64,000 nt of DNA from assembly GCF_009914755.1 (NCBI RefSeq), contig NC_060938.1; one strand, 5' to 3'. The notes below the pieces were generated by a model, which worked only from the letters and a program-made list of their open reading frames with translations, was not told where the DNA came from and did not search any database. Origin of the DNA: the human T2T-CHM13v2.0 reference genome, Homo sapiens. Below are positions 57,606-64,000 of this stretch, piece by piece. Position 1 is the stretch's first letter, and each line of letters begins with the position of its first letter. The translations under genes were made by a program, and so were the position numbers.

Positions 57606-59470
57606 TTCTGGTGGTGTTTGTGAGCCCGGCAGCCATGTCTTATCTCGCGATGATTATGAGTCTGAGGAGGCTTATGATCCCTATACTTATCTGGGCGACT
57701 ATGGAGATCCAAAAGCAGGGCCTTGCTTATGAACGTCAGTATGAATAGCAAACCTATCAGGTAATGCCTGAAGTGATCAAAAACTCCATCTAGTATTTAC
57801 GCAAAACTGTCTCGGATTTGACTGACCAGAAAGTGTATGAGCTACAGGCCAGTTGTGTCTCCAGTGATGTCATTGACCAGAAGGTGTATAGGATCCAGGA
57901 CATCTATGAGAACAGCTGGACCAAGCTGACTGAAAGATTCTTCAAAACTACACCTTGGCCCGAGGCTGAAGCCATTGCTCCACAGGTTGGCAACAATGCT
58001 GTCTTCCTGGTTTTATATAAAGAATTATACTACAGGCACATATATGCCAAAGTCAGTGGGGGACCTTCCTTGGAGTAGAGGTTTGAATCCTATTATAACA
58101 ATTGCAATCTCTTCAACTATATTCTTAATGTTGATGGTCCTCCTTCCCTTGAACTACCCAACCAGGGGCTCTAGGATATCATTGATGAGTTCATCTACCA
58201 GTTTCAGTCATTCAGTCAGTACTGCTGTAAGACTGCTAAGAAGTCGGAGGAGGAGATTGACTTCCTTTGTTCCAATCCCAAAATCTGGAATGTTCACAGT
58301 GTCCTCAATGTCCTTCATTCCTGGGTAGACAAATCCAACATCAACCGACAGTTGGAGGTATACACAAGCGAGGTGACCCTGAGAGTGTGGCTGGGGAGAT
58401 GCTTGGTTACTTCAGCCTTGTGGGGTTTCTCTGCCTGCAATCCCTGTTAGGAGATTAGTACCAGGCCATCAAGGTGCTAGAGAACATCGAGCTGAACCAG
58501 AAGATCATGTATTCCTGTGTGTTAGAGTGCCAGGTCACCACATACTATTATCTTGGGTTTGCGTATTTGATGATGCATTGCTACCAGGACGCCATCCAGG
58601 TCTTCACCAATATCCTCTTCTACATCCAGAGGACCAAGAGCATGTTCCAGAGGACCACATGTAAGTATGAGATGATTAACAAGCAGAATGATCAGATGCA
58701 TGCGCTGCTGGCCATTGCCCTCATGATGTACCCCATGCATATCGATGAGAGCATTCACCTCCAGCTGCAGGAGAAATATGGGGACAAGTTGCTGCGCAAG
58801 CAGAAAGGTCACCCACAAGTCTATGAAGAACTTTTCAGTTACTCCTGCCCCAAGTTCCTGTCGCCTGTAGTGCCCAGCTATGATAACGTGTACCCCAACT
58901 ACCACAGAGAGCCCTTCCTGCAGCAGCTGGAGGTGTTTTCCGATGAAGCATGGCAGCAGGCCCAGCTTTCAAGCATCTGCAGCTTCCTCAAGCTCTACAC
59001 CACCATGCCTGTGGCCAAGCTTGCTGGCTCCCTGGACCTTACAGAACAGGAGTTCCGGATCCAGCTTCTGGTCTTCAAACACAAGATGAAGAACCTGGTG
59101 TGGACCAGCAGCATCTCAGCCCTGGATGGTGAATTTTAATCGGTCTCAGTGGTTGACTTCTACATCGATAAGGACATGATCCACATCATAGACACCAAGG
59201 TCACCAAGCGCTATGGGGATATCTTCATCCATCAGATCCACAAATTTGAGGAGCTTAATCGAATCCTGAAGTAGATGGGACAGAGACCCTGATGACATTC
59301 ACACATGTTATTCAGGAACCTGTTTTGATATATTATAGGCAGGAAGTGTTTTTGCTACCATGAAACCTTTACCTAGATCAGCCATCAGCCTGTCAACTCA
59401 GTTGACAAATTAAGGACCGAAGTGTTTCAAGTGGATCTCAGTAAAAGATCTTTGGAGCCAGAAAAAAAAA
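57606..59470 (+). pseudogene. EIF3L: Processed pseudogene of EIF3L (eIF3 subunit L); which EIF3LP locus is not determined
   Basis: Intronless CDS-like region from ATG 57635 to TGA 59290-59292 (LAYERQYE, SWTKLTERFF, LYKELYYRHIYA, FLKLYTTMPVAKLA, MGQRP*). Multiple stops and frameshifts, AGTAAA at 59440, short A-tail, TSD aaaaaatgctc(aat/gac)atcact. Confidence 0.97.
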
Positions 59471-60436
59471 TGCTCGACATCACTAATCATCAGGGAAATG
59501 CAAATCAAAACCATGAGATATCATCTTACCTTAGTTAGAATGGCTATTATTAAAAAGACAAAAAATAACAAATGCTGGCATAATGTGGAGTAAAGGGATT
59601 CTTATACACTGTTGTTTGGAAAGTAAATTAGTACAATCACTATGGAAAACAGTATGGAGATTTCCCTAAAAACTAAAAATAGAACTACCATAAGATCCAA
59701 TAATCCCACGGTTGGGGATCTATCCAAAGGTAAAGAAATTAGTATTTCAAAGGCATACCTGTACTTACATGATTATTGAGCACTATTCACAATAGCAAAG
59801 ATCTGTAATCAACCTAAGTGTCCATCAGTAGATTAGAAGATAAAGAAAATGTGGTATACATACACAATGAAATACTATTCAGCCATTAAAAAGAATAAAA
59901 TGATGTCCTTTGCAGCAGCAGCATTGATGGAACTGGAGGTCATAATATTAAGTAAAATAATCCAGGCCCAGGGAGACAAATATCACATGTTCTCACTCAT
60001 ATGTGGGAGCTAAAAAAGTTGATGTCATAAACATAGAGAATGTAATGATAGATATCAGAGGCTGGGAAGGGTGGTTGGTGGAAGGGGGGATGAAGAGGGG
60101 CAGGTTGATGGGTACAAATATACAATTAGATAAAATGTATAAGTTCTCCCATTTGGTAGCAGAGGAGAATGACTATAGTTAGCAAGAATATATTGTATAC
60201 TTCAAAGTAGCTAGAAGAGAGGAGTTGAATTGTTCCCAACACATAGAAGTGATAAATACTACAAAGTGATGGACACCTCAAATACTCTGACTTGATCATT
60301 ACACATTCTATGCATGTGACAAAATATTACATATATCTCATAATTATGTAAAATATTACATATTAATAAAAAAGAAATTTAACAGGGAAACAAATAGAAT
60401 AAAAAACTTAAAAATTGAATTAAAAAGAAAGCCGAA

Positions 60437-60880
60437 TGTATTACTTTCCTAGGGCTGTCGTAAAAAGTACCACAAACTTGGTGGCTTAAAACAACAGAAA
60501 TTCATTACTTCATAGTTCTGGAGGCCAGAAGTCCAGCATCAAGATGTTTATAGGGCCATTCTCCCTCTGAAACCTGTAGGATAGAAGCCTTCCTTGCCTC
60601 CTTCAGTTTCTGCTGGTGGCCTGTAATTCTTGGAGTTCCTTGGCTTGAAGCTGCATTACTCCAATCTCTGCCTCTGTCATCACGTCTGCCTTCCCTCATG
60701 TGTCTGTATTGCTTCTCTTTTTCTCATAAGGACACCAGTCTTATTGAATTAGGGGCACACATTACTCCAGTGTGAGTTCTTCTTAACTAATTACATCTGT
60801 AATTATCCTATTTCCAAATAAAATCCCATTCTGTGGTACTTCAATGGATGTTTTCAGGGGACACAATTCAACTTATAACA
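60437..60880 (-). mobile_element. MLT1B/C solo LTR
   Basis: tgtattactttcctagggctg...gtaccacaaacttggtggcttaaaacaacag...ggggacacaattcaacttataaca. Confidence 0.85.
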
Positions 60881-61234
60881 TTGAGAGAGTAGAAGATGTA
60901 GATTTAAGAGAGCTGGGTTATTTTCCATTAAAAAGTACAAAAGCTCAATAAGCAAAATTAAGTGACATATGATGGTCAATTCTTAGTACTTTCCTTTGTA
61001 TTTCCAACTTATTTTCTAAAATTCAGAAAATATTTTTATGTGTTGTTTTTCATTAGCTGCCATGGTAATGATATAGTTTCCCTGTGTCTATATATTTTAA
61101 TTGAATTTCTATAGATTTATAATAATAAATATTGCCAGTAATGAGAAAGGTTATGAGAAATTTCCTTCACAATATATTTATGATTATCTCACCATAGGAA
61201 AAGAAGAAATAACAGTTCAAATGCAAAAAAAGTA

Positions 61235-64000
61235 ACTGAAATGATATAGAGTGTGCTTTTTGTCCACAATGGAATCAATCTAGAAATTAATAATAGGAAT
61301 ATAATGGGAAAATTTCCTAACACTTGGAAATGAAATACCACACATGTAAATTGTTCATCAGTCAAAGATGAAGTATCATGTGAATGTTTTAAAAAAGCAT
61401 TACATGAAAAGGGAAATACAGTATATCAAAATTGGTAGAATACAGCGAAAACAGTGCTGAGATGAAAATATAAAGCACTAGATACATATATTAGAAAAGA
61501 AGAAAAGCCTCAAATTAATAATTTAAGATTCTACCTCAAGAACGTAGGAAAAAAGAACAAAATAAACCCAAAGCAAGCAGAAGGAAGGAAATAAAGAGCA
61601 GAAATCAGTTAAATTGAAAACAGTAAGACAACAGAGACCATCAGTGAATCAAAGTTCTGGGTTTTCAAAAAGATCAATAAAATTGACAAAACATGTAGCA
61701 AGATTGACAAAGATAAAAAAAGTAAATTACCAATATAAGAATAAACTCACTACAGATCCTGCAGACAAGAAATAGGTTATTAGGGAATACTGCCAACAAC
61801 TCCACACATATTTGATGACCTAGTTTAAATGGACCAATTCTTCAAAAATCACAAACTACTCAGATTTATGTCTTAATTGTAGGACAATTTTTTAAAGGGA
61901 ACAAATGGAAGAAAAAAATCTCCACAATCTAATACAAATCATTCAATACAAAATAGATAATTTGAAAGCACTATAGCTATTAAGAAAATTGAATTTGTAT
62001 TTTAAAAGCTTTTCAGAAAAAGGCACAGGTGGTTTTGCTGCAGAATTCTACAGATGTTTAAAAATAACTAAGACAATTCTACACAATCTTCTCCAGAAAA
62101 TAAAAGAGGAAACACTTCTTAATTCATTTTGAGACGCTCACCAAAGCCAGAAAAAACAATACAAAAAATGAGAATGAAATCCACAGAACAATATGCCTCA
62201 TAAATATAGATGCAAACATTTAAAAAAATTAGTAAACATAATTCAGCAACATATAAGAATTACACATCATAACCACTTTGGTTTTATTTCAGAGGTTTAA
62301 GCCTGCTTCAACATGTGAAAATCAATAAATGTAATCCATCATATGAACAAGCTAAAGAAGAAAAACCATGTGATTGTATCAATTGATGCAGAAAAAAGCA
62401 TTTGACAAAATTCAATACACATTTATAATAAAATTACTGTGAAAAAGAAATAAACTGGAACTTCTTCAACTTGATTAAAAAAATTCTACAACTAACATTA
62501 TATAAAATGGGTATTAAAAAAAGGAATGTTAATGTTTTATCTCAGATTGAAAGCAATGCAAGGATGTATGCTCTCACCACTCTTTTTAAACATAGTAGTT
62601 CTGGAAATGTTGGCAGGTTCAAGAAGGCAAAAAAAAAAAAAAAAAAAATCGTGTTTATTTACAAATGACTAGGAATCTACAGAAAAACTCCCCGAAGTGT
62701 AAGTGGATTCAGCAAGGTCAAAGAATACAAGCTGAACGTTCAATAAAAAACAATTACATGTCTACATACTAGCAATGAATCTATGAGACCCCATAATAAA
62801 AATGCAATGCAAATTCTAATCACTCAAATAAAATACTTAGGTGCAATTCTAAAAGAGACATGTACAGGACTTTTGTGTTAAACTACAAAATGCTGATTTA
62901 ATAATGAAGATCTAAATAAATGGAAAGACGAACCATGTTAAAGGAAAGACTCAACATAGTAAAGATGTCAATTATCCCCAATTGATATACAGATTTGACA
63001 CAATTTTGATATGAAAATTCAAACAATAATTTTTGTAGATATAGACAAGATTAATCTGAAAATTTTTATAAAAGTACAAAAACACTAGAATTGCTGAAAC
63101 AATTTTGAAAGAGAAGAATAAAGTGGGAGGAATGAGCCTATCCAACTTCAAAATTTATTAGATAACCAGAGTAATCAAGATTGTGTGGTGCTGGTGAAGA
63201 GATAAACACACACATGCCTTAATGGAATAGTATAGAAAGGCCAGAAACAGACCACACAAACATGCCTAACTGATTTTTGCTAAAGATATTAATTCAATAG
63301 AGAAATAATAGCTTTTACAACAGAAAGTTCCAAAGCAATTGAACATCCACAGGTAACAGCAACAGCAACAGAATCCCTTGACATCAACCTCACACCTTGC
63401 ACAAAAAATTAACTCAAAATTTATCACAAACTGAATTCTAAAATGTAGAATTGCAACTTTTTAGGGAAAAATATAGAAAAAAAAACCTTTGGGAACTAGG
63501 GCTAGTTAAAGAATTCTTATACTTAAAAGCAAAAGGTGATCCATAAAGGAAAAAGTTACAAAGCCATCAGTTGAATTTCATCAAAATAAAAATGGTTTCC
63601 CTGCAAAAGGCATTTTTAATTTTAATCCTGTTAACAGAGGATTAAAAAACAAATCACAGACTGGGTGACAATATTTTCAAACCACATATCTCACGAAGGA
63701 CTATTACATAGAATAAATAAGGAACACAAAAAATCCAACAGTTTTAAACAAAAACAAAACAAAACCCATCCAATTAGAAAAATCCAATTATGTTTTATAG
63801 TAAAAGACATAAACAGAGAACCTATCCAAGATGATACACAAATGATATGTTAGCACATCAAAAGGTATTTAATTAATTTAACATCATTAGCCATTAAGGA
63901 ATTCCAAATTAAAACCACAATGAACTGTTACTACATATGTATCAGAATATTGACAACACCAAATGCTGACAAAGATTTGGAGAAACTAGGTCACTTACAT
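61235..64000 (+). mobile_element. Ancient degenerate L1 ORF2 (L1MC/MD/ME-type), running off the window
   Basis: ORF2-like throughout (aaagcaagcagaaggaaggaaat, attgatgcagaaaaaagcatttgacaaaattc, aaattaaaaccacaatga). Confidence 0.85.

Noticed and set aside
58474-59139. Functional truncated EIF3L retrogene
   Set aside because: GTG start, many substitutions at conserved residues, flanking stops and frameshifts, no promoter evident

Overview
Primate (hominid, most likely human) genomic DNA, AT-rich and dominated by interspersed repeats (roughly two-thirds by eye). I see no intact protein-coding gene, RNA gene or CpG island. The long ORFs are fragments of a disabled L1PA2 element (1213-~6340) and of a processed EIF3L pseudogene (57606-59470); the short ORFs fall in Alu, L1, MaLR or AT-rich DNA and are not credible genes. 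Other elements: a full-length THE1/MST-type MaLR provirus with TSD, an apparently full-length ancient L1MA with nested insertions, a twin-primed 5'-inverted L1, many Alus, solo LTRs and MER DNA-transposon relics. The most unusual structure is at 900-6568. Here a MIR is split by an Alu, and an L1PA2 sits in the Alu's A-tail. That L1 has a ~0.9 kb 5'UTR-ORF1 deletion and a ~200-bp candidate 3' transduction with its own AATAAA and poly(A); the transduction begins with a ~30-bp hairpin. Two sites look like locally templated insertions (28242-28424 and 50523-50803). I found no evidence of a new biological system. Subfamily names come from remembered consensus sequences and need RepeatMasker/Dfam confirmation.
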